Assembly: GCF_006345805.1 (NCBI RefSeq)
Contig: NC_043016.1
Coordinates: forward strand, 12,958,001 to 13,022,000
Reading direction: 5' to 3'
DNA from: Octopus sinensis
Taxonomy: Eukaryota
DNA: 64,000 bases
Position numbers and translations under genes: made by a program. The notes beneath the pieces were generated by a model. The model searched no databases, had not been told where the DNA came from, and saw only the letters and a list, made by a program, of their open reading frames with translations. This document shows, piece after piece, positions 22,913 to 37,187 of the stretch. Each line of letters opens with the position of its first letter. Within the stretch, counting starts at the first letter, position 1.

Positions 22913-25852
22913 ATATCCTTTGTTTAATATAAAATTCAACCAAAACTACCAGGTTGTACATTTTGAGTAAAATTCCATTCTTAGTCAAGGCATCATATAA
23001 TCGAACAGGAAATGAAATACTACTCTGCTAATGTGGTGGTTGAGTGTAGTGGTTCAAATCCAAGTTACGATTTTGAAAATAGAGTGACTGGGTCAATGAT
23101 TTCAAAACCAAGTCTTTTTAAAATGTCTGAGGATGTCTATAAGATGATTGGTTTGTGTGATGTTGCATCACAGGGGTTTTTTTTTGTTTTGTTTTGTTAG
23201 GTTTTAGAATTATAATAGTTTGGATTCTGGGAATTGATTATTTATCTATGTGTTTGTGTGAAGGCATGTAACCTAGTGGTTAGGTGTTGCTCTCACAATT
23301 TAGCAATCATGGATATGATTCCAAGACCGAGTGGCACACCGTGTTCTTGAGCAAAACACTTTCATTTCATGTTGTTCCAGTGTGCCCAGCTTAAACAGGT
23401 AACCCTGTGGTGGATTAGCCTTCCAATCAGGGGAAATGTTGGCCACCTGTCTTAGCCAGCAGGAGGGCATCATTTGAAAGGTAAAACAATGCAAAACATT
23501 GTCACCAGCAATGTAACAACAATTGATAGTCTGCTCTATCAGATGATCACGGGATATGTATTTGTAGATACACTATTGGCGTTAGGAAGGGCATCCAGCT
23601 ATAGAAACTCTGACAGATCAGATTAGAGTCTGGTGCAACCATCTGGTTTGCCAAACCTCAGTCAAATCATCCAATCCATGCTAGCATGAAAAGCAGACGT
23701 TAAACGATGATGATGATGACTTGGTGCGTGCAGGGGATTTCTTCAGGTTCAAGATACTTTATAGGGTTTTAGTGTTATGTTTATAATTTCAGAAGCCATG
23801 AAGCTTTTTGAGTTTTTAAAAAAAATTTCCCTATTGTTCTTTTTTTTGTTTGGGCGTGTGTGTTTTTCTAATAGAAGGAAGTGGTCCAAATTATGATCTG
23901 AGTGGAAGGTGCATATTTTATAGTTCTATTTTCCTATACGTTGCTGTAATCTTTTGTTAGAGAAATATTTATAAAAAGTATATGAGTATGGAAGTTGTGA
24001 TGATGTGATCAGATCTCTATCAACATACACAGTGCAGATGAAGTGTGAACACAATGCATAACAGTACAATGTCTAGACCAGTAATATAATATCCACTGGG
24101 CAGTCAACTAAATATTTATGAGTAGCCTGTAAATTCAGTAAATCAGATAGCATTTTGTATCCATTTGTCAGATCAATGTTTCCTCTTTTATTTTGGAGTT
24201 AAGGAATGCAGCTCCACCAACAACCTTAACTGAGCTCTTTGAAAGCAGCTCTTCTTCATAAGTCACAATTTGTAGCATTTAAAAAACATATTACTAACAG
24301 TGAATTATATTTACATTTTGGTTTTGTATTCTTATTAGATGAATAGTTGAAATGGTTGAAATCTCTCATTTGCAATGTCTTTTGCCAGCCTCGTCTGGAA
24401 CCTGTGTCGGTGGCACATAAAAAGCACCCACTACACTCACGGAGTGGTTGGCGTTAGGAAGGGCATCCAGCTGTAGAAACACTGCCAGATCTGACTGGAG
24501 CCTGGTGCTGCCTCCTGGCTTCCCAGACCCCAGTTGAACCGTCCAACCCATGCTAGCATGGAAAGCAGATGTTAAACGATGATGATGATGATGATTTGCA
24601 TATTCTGGCAAGTAAACCAACCCTTGTTTCACCTACGATTTTTCAACCTATATATCCTAACTTGAGTCAAATGAAGGTCTGAAAAAGAATTTTAAAGATT
24701 TGTATCCAATATGGTGCAGTGTCTATGTTATGTTCAACACGGCACAAGTAAAACCAAATGCCCCTATTTGAATGGTGTGCTTTCAATTAATCTGGTCAGA
24801 CAACCTGCCAACATCAATTTAAATGTTCTATTACCAGACACCCCATTCAAGAAATGTGGCATGAATGTCTGGTCCAGGTTTTAGCTACTTTGGTCTGAAA
24901 TATCTCATCTGTGCATGCCATGATTATAGATCATAGCAGTAGTTCACCAACTGAACTGGTTGGTCCTGGCTGTTGACCATTTATTTCTGTTCATCATCTT
25001 GTGGTATTTGACATTGACCCAATTAGTTCATCTGCTGAAATAGTTCTCATTCTTACTAATGATAAAGATTGAAATTTATAAGTTATAATTGGTCTTTAAG
25101 AAAATTAACAGAATTTTTATAGATTCCAATTTAAATGTATTAAGACTATTTAAATAAGAGATGGTGATGGCAGCTGCATGCCTTCAAGAAGAGAATGGAT
25201 AGTACGAGGTGAGTGATGTATGTCAATATTGAGTGACCTACAAGAGAGGAAGTGGTGACTAGAAGTGTGCGTGTGTGTGTGTGTGTGTATTTTATGACTC
25301 AGGCATAGCAATACATTCATGCTTTAGAGTAAGCCATCAGGTTGAGAGTTAATATAAATTAATGAATGACAAATAAGAGGAATTATGCAATCAATGTTCA
25401 TTAGCTTACAGCTGTTTCTGCTATAATTAAGCAAGTGTCCAGAGCTGAGCACTCATTATGTAATTTTATAATCAAGTTTATATATAATATACAGGATGAT
25501 TTACATATATGTGTTTTAGAAGTTTTAAAGGCAGTGCTCCAGCATGGCCGCAGTCAAATGACTGAAACAAATAAAAGTAAATAAAAGTAAAAAGCAAATA
25601 TGAAATTTGAAAATATGGTTAGGTTGATTTGTAATTTTAACTTCACTTATACTTTAATAATTTATTTTATTTTAAATCTTTTTGAATACTATCAATTCTT
25701 TTTTTTTTAATTAAAAATGAAAAAGGAAATGATACTCAGAATAAACATACTGATATTTATTAATGTTTAAGTTTGTAATAATCATTTCTCAAGTCTATTT
25801 TTATTTCTTCATAATTTAAGAGATCTCTGTTTTTTTCCCTTAACCATTGTAC
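22913..25852 (+). other. U12-type (minor spliceosome) AT-AC intron, 2940 bp
   Basis: 5' ATATCCTTTG matches the U12 consensus. Branch point TTCCCTTAAC at 25835-25844, AC acceptor at 25851-25852, no polypyrimidine tract between them. Splicing keeps the frame open (T|CT = Ser). Confidence 0.9.
24370..24596 (+). mobile_element. SINE family B copy inside the U12 intron
   Basis: GGTTGGCGTTAGGAAGGGCATCCAGCTGTAGAAAC...GTTAAACGATGATGATG. Confidence 0.85.
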
Positions 25853-25977
25853 CTCAGTCAGTATATTATATAGAACAGGTATTTGATACTCCATATAATG
25901 TTGAAGAGGAAAACGGTTCCCCTGATAAAATAACTACATGGCCTTCAAATTCTCATGAAACAATGGATGAAGTTGAT
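25853..25977 (+). CDS. CEP170: CEP170-like gene, exon after the U12 intron ([S]QSVYYIEQVFDTPYNVEEENGSPDKITTWPSNSHETMDEVD), 125 nt, phase 1-0
   Basis: Follows the U12 branch point and AC. Two nt plus 41 open codons end at a canonical GTAAGT donor (25978). The frame is continuous with the previous exon. Confidence 0.85.
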
Positions 25978-27171
25978 GTAAGTATATTAATCCATTTTAT
26001 GTTATTAGTAAATATTAATAAAAGGAAATTGAGGAAAGAAAAACGTTTATGTTCCCAAGAATATTAAGCTCATCTTTAGAGAGTATATTTACAATTATTC
26101 ACTGTCTTGTTCCTGGATAAAAAGCCAGCACATAAATTCACATTATGCTGTAGTAGCAGTGCTATATTGTAAACATTACCAATACCATATATTTTAATGT
26201 ACATGTGTTGTTTAAATGCCAGAAGCTGTAGATTTTCATCCAGGGGAAATTCCTTTCAAGATGTATAGTGTTTAAAAACACAATATGCTTCAGAACTAGA
26301 TGAAACAAAATCACTCCCAGTGCATAATTTTATTTTTGGATGTATACATATTTTCTGAATGGTTTCTGACTAAGAAGCTTTATTTTTATTACATTTTTAT
26401 GTAATAGATCATTGGTTCTCATTTAATTTGTAGCAGAACTTAAAAGAAAAAGAAAATCACAGATCGCATATCTACATTCTATACACAATCTCTGCTACCC
26501 TTAAATGCTAACTGAAACAAAAACTGTTTTGGAATTTATTCATTTGTATATAAAAGAAAAAGCAGCATGAAGCTTGTTTTAAATATGGTGAAATGCTACT
26601 TTTTACTGAAGGAAATTTTTATTAAATTTTATTAAAAGGCATCTTGTAGACCTCCAGGATTTTTTTCTACAGAACTCTAGGGTTCCCTAGAACCCTTTCT
26701 AAGAGCCATTGCATTATACTACTTCATTGTTAAAAATAAAGGCTCTTAGTTTGAATCCAGTATAGGACAAAGTATGTACCCAGGAATAAGATACCTCTTG
26801 ACCATCTGAAGTGAAACCAGCCACAATACAATGAAAATATAAGCTTTGTAAATTATACACTCTGTAGTTTTAATAATGAGAGGAATTATAATTTGACAAC
26901 AATTCATATCAGGCAGTGATTTAAAAGAATATTTGCATACAAATGCAATTTACAAAATAGTTTGGAAACTGTTTTAAATTTTTGTTTTTCTTATTGTCCC
27001 TTAACATATGTATATATTCAGAAACAGCATTGTATATCTGGTGTTTTGCACAAGGAAAAATGCTAATATTAAATTTTTCAAATAATTTTATTGCCAAAGA
27101 CATCATAACTTGAAAATTGTCAGTTTTTCCAGATTCTAATCCTACAATCCATATATTTCATAGCATAATAC

Positions 27172-27228
<57 letters not shown>

Positions 27229-29098
27229 ATATATATATATATATAAAATCTTACATACATACGCACATGTATTTATGAGATATTACTAGTTTCAGCCAAT
27301 TGTATGTGGCCGTGAAGGACATGCTCATAATATATATTATATTGGAAACATAACTGTGCTTGAGTTTAATTGGCAGTTTTTTTAAATGGTACTAGCACAG
27401 GTGCTTTTTATAAGGTGTCAACATGGGCCATGACAAAGATTCTGTCCAGGTATATTAACCCTTTCATTACTGTATTTATTTTGAGATGGTCTGTATTTCT
27501 TTCGATTGATTTAAATATAACAAAGAATTTAATAAAATAATTTAGTTATCATTAAGCTAGTGTTAGGAACACTAGTGTTAATAACTTTCCATTTCTTTAT
27601 TAGTCCTTTGTTTAATTAAGGACAATAACATTCTTAAAAATCTATTGTCTGAAGACCTTCTTTCCTTCATCTTCTGAATGAAGTGGTAGTAGTTGCGTAT
27701 TTTGCAGTGTTTTCATACCAAGCAGCAAAGGATCATGGGAATAATATTGTTACTGATAAAAATTGTTGTAGCTGTGCTTAAAATTGCATGGTATCTATAT
27801 GGTGGTTTTTCTTTTTTTTTAAAGTTTGTATTTTGTCATTAGTTTGGAACTAAAGGTTAAGCAATTTTAAATCCTGCAACAATCATTTCATCAGTTGCAT
27901 TATTCCCCCTGTTTCCACATAGCCTACTACAAAAACAAGTGTGAGATGTTATAATGATTCTTTTGTTCTCTCCCTCCTTCCTTCTTTTCGTTTCTCTCTC
28001 CCTGTTTTTATGTGTGAGGATATTTCTATCTTTTGGCTTTTACTTGTTTCAGCCATTAGACTGTGGTCATACTGGGGCACTGCCTTAAAGAATTTTTAAC
28101 TGAGAAAATTGACAAATTTTTAAAGTGTGGTACTTACTCTATCAGTCTCTTTTGCCAAACTGCTAGGTTATGCAGGTTATAAACACACACATGATAGGCT
28201 TCTTTCAGTTTCCATCTACCAGATCCACTCACAAGGCTTTGGTTGGTCTGAGGCTATAGTAGAATGTACTTGCTCAAGGTGCCATGCAATGGGACTGAAC
28301 CTGGAACCATGTGGCCGGGAAGCAAGCTTCTTACCACACAACCACACCCGTGCCTATGTATGAGGAGAGGGAAAATGTTTAAGTGTTCAGTTTATAAATT
28401 GTAATGTGTGTCTGTCTCTCTCTTTCTCTCTTTATATCTGTATGTGTGTATTTGTGTGTGTGCATGCATGTGTTTGTGTGTACTTCCAGCTTCCAGTGTT
28501 AAATGTCCAGTCAACTCTGCCATATCATCAATGTCTAAACAACAGTTGTCTCATTCTGTACAAATCATGGTAAGACTGTACACCACCATTGCCACTTCAC
28601 TCCTGAAGATTAGACTGAGGAGGTCTTCAAAAGAATGTTATTGTTGCTTCTAGTTAAACATAAAGAACTAACATTGAAATGTCATCACCTCTTTTGATTT
28701 GTTGGGTAACACAGGTTTTCTTCAACAATTTTCCAAAACATTCTGTAACTGTACATTTATTTTTGCTTGGTTCTACATTATTCCCCCTTCATAAGTTTTC
28801 ATCAGGTGATTCTTAGGTATCCTATGCTTCAATCTAAATCTAGCCTTACTAAACAACCTTCCAGTTTTCCTAACATGTAGCCTACTCGCCTTCATGTTTG
28901 GTATTTTTGCCCAATGGGTTCCAGCTTGGTTTCTGCCCAGAAGTTTTTGTTGCTCACATAATTTCTGGATTTCTAATGTTTAGGATGCTTCAAGTACCAC
29001 TGTGAAAATTTGAAACTTTCTGAGGATATTTTGAGTTTCTTTGTAATGGACTTAGCAAACCCATGCAGCAGGATGGGTTTGAAACATTCAGGGTTTAA

Positions 29099-29319
29099 CC
29101 CTTTCATTACCAACCTGGCTGAAACCGGCTCTGGCTCTGAATACAAATGTCTTGTTTTCATTAGTTCTGAATTAAAATTTTCCACCAAACTTTAGTCACA
29201 ATTTATGTTCCTAACACTAGCTGAATGATAACTAAGTTATTTTACTAAATTCTTTGTTAAATTTAAAATTAATTGAGAAAAACACAGAGCATCTCAAAAT
29301 AAATACAGTAATGAAAGGG
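29099..29319. mobile_element. piggyBac-type MITE (TTAA|CCCTTTCATTAC...GTAATGAAAGGG|TTAA)
   Basis: 12-bp TIR and TTAA TSD. A sister copy lies at 62984-63205 and a truncated inverted copy at about 27460-27575. Confidence 0.85.
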
Positions 29320-29344
29320 TTAATATACCTGGACAGAATCTTTG

Positions 29345-29652
29345 TCATGGCCCATGTTGGCACCTTGTAAAACGCACCTGTGCTAGTACCATGTAAAAAA
29401 AACTGCCAATGCCAGTGTCACATAAGAAAAGCGCTCGTGTTGGTACCATGTAAATAGCATCTGTTCTGGAACCATGTAAAAAGCACCCAATACACTCTGA
29501 AGTGGTTGGCATTAGGAAAGGCATCCAGTTGTAGAAAGCATGCCAACACAGACAAATGGAGCCTGGTGTAGCTCCACAGCCTGCCAGTTCTTGCCAAACC
29601 ATTCAACTCATGCTGGTATGCAAAACGGATGTTAAATGTTGATGATGATGAT
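29345..29652 (+). mobile_element. SINE family B with degenerate tandem units
   Basis: Repeated GTACCATGTAAAAAGCA units, the core motif and a (GAT)n tail. Confidence 0.75.
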
Positions 29653-29773
29653 GTTATGTAATATTAAAAGCTTTACTCACTCACCTTAGTCACCATTGCA
29701 TTGTATCCCTAGTTTGGTGCCAACCTTTAAAAAAGTCATTAACGAAAGACTAAACTTGAATGCAGTTATGTCC

Positions 29774-29818
<45 letters not shown>

Positions 29819-30239
29819 CTCATATACACGTGTATATTTGTGTATATATTTTAAAACTGAGGTAGCTACTCAAGTTGCAGGCTCTTGGTATGGAACTCTG
29901 CAATGAACAAAACCTCAAGTCACAGTTTAAATAAATACATGAATAAACTCAACGTTAGGCAACATGTACAGTTTCATCTTGTGTTTACAAACTGTAATAT
30001 TTGGCAATCTCTCTCTCTCTCTTTCTCTCTATCCCTCTTTCTGTCTGTTTGTCTGTGTGTCTCTCTCTGTATCCATAACATATGGTGTAATCTATTATGT
30101 GGTGTGAATTGTAAACATACTTAGGGTTTATTGATGTAAACTCAGCAAAAGAGTTAAAGCATCAGTTAAACTGCCCCGGGAAAAAGAAGAAACAAGTCTC
30201 ATCCTTGACATGGGGCAACCTTATCTATTGCTGGCATCA

Positions 30240-30486
30240 ACCCTCAATCTACATATGAATGTATGTATGTATATATCTATATAATGTGTGTGTACATGTA
30301 TATATATATATATACATATATATATGTATTACATACATACATACGCATATTTACATGTAGGTTTATGTTTATATATATATAAATAAAGCTACATGTAAAT
30401 ATGCATATGTATCTATACATATATATATATATTTACACACACATTGATATATATATATATATATATATATATTCACACACATATTG

Positions 30487-30563
<77 letters not shown>
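30240..30563. repeat. Long (TA)n-rich compound microsatellite
   Basis: Direct reading of the sequence. Confidence 0.9.
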
Positions 30564-30564
<1 letters not shown>

Positions 30565-30953
30565 CTCTTTTACTTGTTTCAGTCATTTACTGTGGCCATG
30601 CTGCAGCACCACCTTTAGTTGAGCAAATCGACCCCAGGACTTATTCTTTGTAAGCTTAGTACTTATTCAATCGGTCTCTTTTACCGAACCACTAAGTTAC
30701 GGGGACATAAACACACCAGCATCGGTTGTCAAGCAATATTGGGGGGGACAAACACAGACACACAAACATATACACACACATACATACATATGAGAGGCTT
30801 CTTTCAGTTTCTGTCTACCAAATCCACTCACAAGGCATTGGTTGGCCTGAGGCTATAGTGGAAGACACTTGCCCAAGGTGCCATGCAGTGGGGCAGAACC
30901 CGGAACCATGTGGTTGGTAAGCAAGCTACTTACCACACAGCCACTCCTGCGCC
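30564..30953 (-). mobile_element. SINE family A, full length
   Basis: Matches the 21335 copy throughout. Confidence 0.9.
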
Positions 30954-33741
30954 TAATATATATATATATATAATATACACACACACATTGTGAATGTATA
31001 TACAGTTATATTTTTGTGTGTGTGTTCTGTTTGTATATCCTTCCATTCACCTGCCCATCCATCTACCCATTCATCCTTTACTTGAAAAACAGTTACAGTT
31101 TAGAAACAGAAAGGGCATCTGGCTGTAAAAATTAGTTTCCCAATCCTATGTGTTCATCCAACATATGGTAGGGTGTCGGGCAAATATATGGTGTGTGTGT
31201 GTATGTGTACATATATATGCACATATGGGTGTGTGTATGTGCATATATGTATTATGTCAACATATGCACATACATCATACACCGTCATATATTCGACAAT
31301 GTATGTATAAGTATATAAATGTGTATATATGATGTCAATGTATTGGCATGTATCAGCTGTGTATGCATATGTGTGCACATACAAGTGCATGTATATACAT
31401 ATTTACATACATGTGTGTGTGTGTGTGTGTGTGTGTGGTAATTGTGTTTTGAACTACCTTGATGTAGTGGTTGGTGTTAGGAAAGGCATCCAGCCGTAGA
31501 AACAATGCCAGATCAGACTGGGCTGATGCTGCCTTGTGGCATCCCAGACCCCAGTTGAACCGTCCAACCCATGCTAGCATGGAAAACGGACGTTAAACGA
31601 TGATGATGATGATGATGATAAACATCATGATGGGTAATAAAATTAAATCTATTTCTGTATTTCTCTATCCTGGTCCTTCACCCCACTCAAACTTTGGTCC
31701 TTCATCCCCCCAAACTTTGGTCCTTCCCTCCCACCATAAAAAAACAACAACAATATTATGAATTTTTGCCTTTACTCCTGTAAAATAATATAAAGCTTAA
31801 TGCCAATTCAATAGAGAGAAATACAATAGGGCTATTGTGTTTTTTTCTTTTCCTGTTTTGTGTTAGTCCTTACATTATCTAATATCAATTTTGTAATCTA
31901 AATCTTTTGCAGGTTTCATTAACAATTGTCTTTCATTGTATATATTGAATGTATTTTATTTTGTGACAGACTATATATATATATATATATTATAGTGTGG
32001 AAGATGTATATGAGCCATTCACAGTTACACAGTAACTATAATCTTTTCTTAAACATTTATCATTTGGTATCAAAAATCTTTGTCATACCAACCACAACCT
32101 GATCACTGACATGCCTTCACTGTAACTGGAAACTTTGTCAGTGACCAGGCTGTAGTTGGTGTGATGAAAATTTTGATTTTCAAATAAGAAGTGTTTAAAT
32201 GAAGTGAACAGTTTTTCTGTTTTTGAACAGCTAATATGTATCTTCCTTGCTGTAAATGTTTTAGCTTCAACATACAGCTGCAGATCAAATCACTTGCCAG
32301 GCAAGAACATCTAGAATTATGTATTATATTTTTATGTCACCATAAGCAGAGGAACGATGGAAAAATACTGTTTAATATAAATATTAGTTACACAAGCAGT
32401 ATTAATGCCAAATGGCAATCTATATATCCAACTTAATGTGGATGTATTGTAAGAATGCTGAATAGTACAATATTTGATTTATTTTAACTATACATCCTCG
32501 TTAAGTTGACTATAAAAATTGCCTATTGTTTGATATAATTGCGATGATGAATTTAATTTAGTGAGGGATTTTTCTGGGTGGAATGTTTGAAATGAATTAT
32601 ATTTTTCATGATGTTTAGGAAGTAGTAGTATAGTTTCTGTAGATCAGATGAACATTGAAGTTTGTTCGATTCTGTTGCTGGCACTGAAATACTGTGCCTT
32701 GAACAAGTGACTAAACATTTACCTCCATCTAAGTTACTTGGCTACAGAAATAACAGGCAAGTCTTATTTAAATTATATTTTGTCATATCAAAAGACTGAA
32801 GGATTTCATTAGTGTAGATCCAATCACAGAATCTTAAACAAAAGAAGGAAAAACCCTGTTTGGATTGCTTTTGATCATGGATCTACACAAATAGGATTTG
32901 CTTGGGATCAAATAATAATACAGCAACAACAACCTGCTTGTATAGCAATTTTGAACAGAAGATAAAACTCCTTCGATTAAGTTTACAAGCAGATTGATGT
33001 TCTATTTAAGTATATTACAAGCAATATAGATATACATCTCAAGCTATTACCTCCCTTACATCACTCCACTCTTCATTTCTCTCATTGTTTAGAAAAGAAA
33101 AGTTTTCTCATTCAGTAAAGCATATTAAAGTTTAAAATTATTGATCAGCTGATTATCGAATTATATCAATTAGTTATTTTAAATGTATTTTGCCACATTA
33201 TCATTTGAATTTTATTTTTTGAAATTTAAAATAAAATTTTAGAATGTGTCAATTTAATGTTTATTTGCTTTTTTTTTTATTCATGCTTATTTTGCTTATA
33301 TATTAAAATTTGCATATTTATTTCTCATCAGTTAAATTATTCATAAGGATAAGGAGTTACATGAATATGTAATTTAATGCTTAAACTAATGCTAACGAAT
33401 AAGAGAGGAAAGAAAGTAACTATAAAAAGGAACAACATTTTGTGTTCTTAACCACATTAAGGGTGGGATTTATCGTCACTTAGGCAACCGTTTTATTCTT
33501 TATTCTATGAGGGCGAGAAAGAAATGGAGTAAAAAATGTAAGTAGCTATTACACCGAAGATAAAGGTTAATAAAATATTTGTTGCTATGACAATGCGATG
33601 ACACTGGGTACAGAATAACCCATTTCAAATGATAATGACTTTGTTCGTTTTCTGACAGTAAGGTTCTATAATAATAACAAAAGAAATGGAAACAAAATTG
33701 AAAAAAAGAAAATCTCTCAATAATAAATAATGATGATGATG

Positions 33742-33772
<31 letters not shown>

Positions 33773-33811
33773 CAACAACAAACATAATAATAACAACAAT
33801 AACAGCAGTAA

Positions 33812-34222
33812 TAATCCTTTCTACTAAAGGCACAAGGTTTGAAATTTTGGTGGAAGGGACTAGTCAATTAGATAAACCCCAGTACGCTACTGGTACTTAA
33901 TTTATCGACCCTGAAAGACTGAAAGGCTAAGTTGAGCTTGGTGGAATTTGAACTCAGAACGTAAAGATGGATGAAATATAGCTAAGCATTCCACCGAGCA
34001 TGCTAACAAATCTGCCAGCTCACCACCTTAAATGATAATGATGATAATAATCATCCTTTCTATTATAGGCACAAGGCCTGAAATTTGTGGGGAGGGGGCC
34101 AGTCGATTAGATTGACTCCAGTACACAACTGGTACTTAATTTATCATCCCCGAACGGGACTTGAACCCAGAATGTAGTGATGGACGAACTACTGCTAAGC
34201 ATTTCATCCAGCGTTCTAACGA
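33812..34222 (-). mobile_element. Two adjacent family D SINE copies separated by (AAT/GAT)n
   Basis: Both carry ...TTTATCGACCC..GAAAG..GAACTCAGAAC...CTGCCAGCTC. Confidence 0.75.
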
Positions 34223-34892
34223 TTCTGCCAGCTCACTGCACTAATAATAATAATAATAATAATAGTAATAATAATCCTAATAATTTTAATGATAATAATA
34301 AATTAAACAATATACAATACACACATGCTGTATGTGGGCGGGTGATTTTACAAGCACACACATGCGTGTGTGTGTTTAATCTATAAATTTTGAATATGAG
34401 AATCTCAGATATTAGAAACAACAACAACAACAAACATAGATTACGAATTGTTCACTGGAATATTATTAAGTATGAAATAATGAATCTGAGGTTTCACAAT
34501 TTATCCAGTTGCTGCAGCCCCCCCCCATACACACACCCCCACACAACAGCTAGTCTTTTTTTTTTATAAAAAAAAACAAAATAAGAGATAACTAGGGATC
34601 ATAAAACCTCTGTACATTCACCCAATTCATGTAGTTAATAATTGTATATTTCATGAGTGCTTCCCCCCCGATCATCCAAGTGTGACTGAATTATTGTGTC
34701 GCCGACAATAAAGGCAGAATGCAGATTGGTGGTTAGTGTGCAATGCATAGTCGATGCCATGCTTTTCTGCAATGGTACACTGAACGTACACTCAATAGTC
34801 CATTCAATGATTTTTCAGATGCTTTAGGGTTTTATCCAATCCCAGATGGACAAAAGGGGAAGTCTAACCCCGTGAACTGTTTAGAATTAAAT

Positions 34893-35149
34893 GAGATAAT
34901 AGTAATAACAATGATGATGATGATAATAATAATTATAACAGCAACAATACTACTACTAATAATAATGCTAATAATGACAATGACAACAACAATAATAATG
35001 CTAATTATAATAATGACAATGACAACAATGATAATAATGACAACAACAACAATAATAATAGTAATAATAACAACAATAATAATAATAATAATAATAATAA
35101 TGATAATATAACAACAACAATGATAATACCAATTAATAATAACAATAAT

Positions 35150-35186
<37 letters not shown>

Positions 35187-35297
35187 CAATAATAATGATA
35201 ATGAACAACAATAATATTAATAATAACAATAACAATAATAACAATAATAATAATAACAACAACAACAACAACAACAACAATAATAACAATAATGATA
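34893..35297. repeat. Compound (AAT)/(AAC)/(GAT) trinucleotide array, about 400 bp
   Basis: Direct reading of the sequence. Confidence 0.95.
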
Positions 35298-36339
35298 ATG
35301 GGAAAATGTGCATATCAATCTTTTGCCATGACAACAGAAATGTCTTTTGTCACAATGCCAAGTTTTGTGCAAGGGGCTGAAATTGTTGGTTGAATTGGTT
35401 CGGCATACAGCTGTTAAATATTTTTGCCAAACTTAGCAATCTTTGGTAGTTAATTGAATAAATAGCATAAACCACTGAGAGGGGCCACTCACTGCTTTGT
35501 CCATCTGCCCCACATTAAGTTGATCACAAATCAGTGAGGGTTGGTGTCTCTGTGGTCAGGGGTTTGAAGCAACAAATGTAAAAATTGCCATCAAATCATA
35601 CCTTGCTGTCTTTGAGTAACTTGGACACATTGGACAATGATGTCTAATTGACACTGCACGTCTGGAAAAGATAGATATATAACACGTTTGGAGATGATCC
35701 GTTCTGTTAAGTGTTTGACCTGAGTCTAACCAACAGCAACGATAGTCAAAATTTATGCTTTAAATTGAAGCTTTTTTTTTATTGTTTTACTTTCTTATTG
35801 TTTTCTAGTCATTTGGGTGATTGCCAAAGTGGGCCACAACTGAAGGGTTTAGTTCATCAAATCAACTCCAATATTATATTCAAGTCTGTTACTTATCCTG
35901 TCAATCTCTTCCCATTGATTTGATCAATTACAAGGATGTGAACAAACCAACACCAGTTGTAAAGCTGTAAGAAACAGACATGCACAAGGACACATGTACA
36001 CACACACACACACTCACACACACACACACACACACTCACACTCACACATGTACAATGGTAAAAAGACAGCCCCCCCCCCAGTTTCTGTCTGTGTAGTCCA
36101 CTCACAAGGCATTGATTAACCCAGGATTGTGTCAAAAAAGAAAAAAAAAATATCCAAGATGATGCATCGTGGGACTGAACTGAAAACCATATGATTGCAA
36201 AGCAAACTTCTTAACCACACAACCATGGGACATGGTCTGATTGTTAGAATATATTCAACACAGAATATTTATATAGCCTATTGTTTTTATTTGTCCTTGT
36301 TTTCATTCTTTCAGATCATTTATAATATTCGTTGATTGG

Positions 36340-36760
36340 TTAATAAGCTTGCTTCCTAATTATGTGGTCTTGGGTTCAGTCCCACGGCAAGGCACCTTGG
36401 GCACATGTCTTCTAATATAGCCTCAAGCTGACCAAAGCCTTGTAATTGGATTTGGTGGGCAGAAACTGAAAGGAGCCTGTCGTGTGTCTGTGTGTGTTTA
36501 TATATATTTGTGTGTGTGTGTGTTTGTGTGTGTATGTTTATATATATTTGTGTTTGTGTTTGTTCTCCACAACTGCTTGACAACTGGTGTTGTTTTGTGG
36601 ACATCCCTGTGAATTAGCATTTTGGCAAAAAGAGACCAGTAAATTAAGTACCAAGTTTTAAAATAGTAAAATAATTACTGGGGTCGATTTATTTGCTTAA
36701 ACCTTTCAAAGTAGTGCCCCACGTTGTGCAGTCCAATGACTGAAACAAGTAAATGATAAG
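36340..36760 (+). mobile_element. SINE family A
   Basis: Family A head, body and tail, lying head-to-head with a partial minus copy at about 35930-36230. Confidence 0.8.
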
Positions 36761-37126
36761 AAATAAAACATTCGTTGAGTTCTTTTAATATTAGTTTATC
36801 CAAAATGATGCATTCTTACATAAAACAAAATTTCACAATTGATTAATTAAAAAAAAAACAACAACAAAAAAAACGATAAAGCAAATGAACTTTGTTTCAC
36901 CAATGTGTGACAAAAAGTTATGAATTTAAGTTCTTCCTCGCAAATAATTTATAAGTAGAAGTCAATTATTTTGTTTATTTCTTTCATACTAGCTTGCCTA
37001 TTATGGAATGTCATTTAATCCATATAGTTATAATCCGGTATGTATCTCATTTCATTCATGTTTGCACTTGTGTTTGATTATATATCAAAAGTCTCATCGT
37101 TGCACCCACCATATGGCACAACCCAA

Positions 37127-37187
37127 ATCCTTCCTTCCTTCCTTCCTTCCTTCCTTCCTTCCTTCCTTCCTTCCTTCCTTCCTTCCT
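37127..37187. repeat. (TTCC)n microsatellite
   Basis: Direct reading of the sequence. Confidence 0.95.

Noticed and set aside
34743-35111. 122-aa ORF (MHSRCHAF...IIIMII)
   Set aside because: The C-terminal half is a translated trinucleotide array, and there is no usable donor or recognisable homology.
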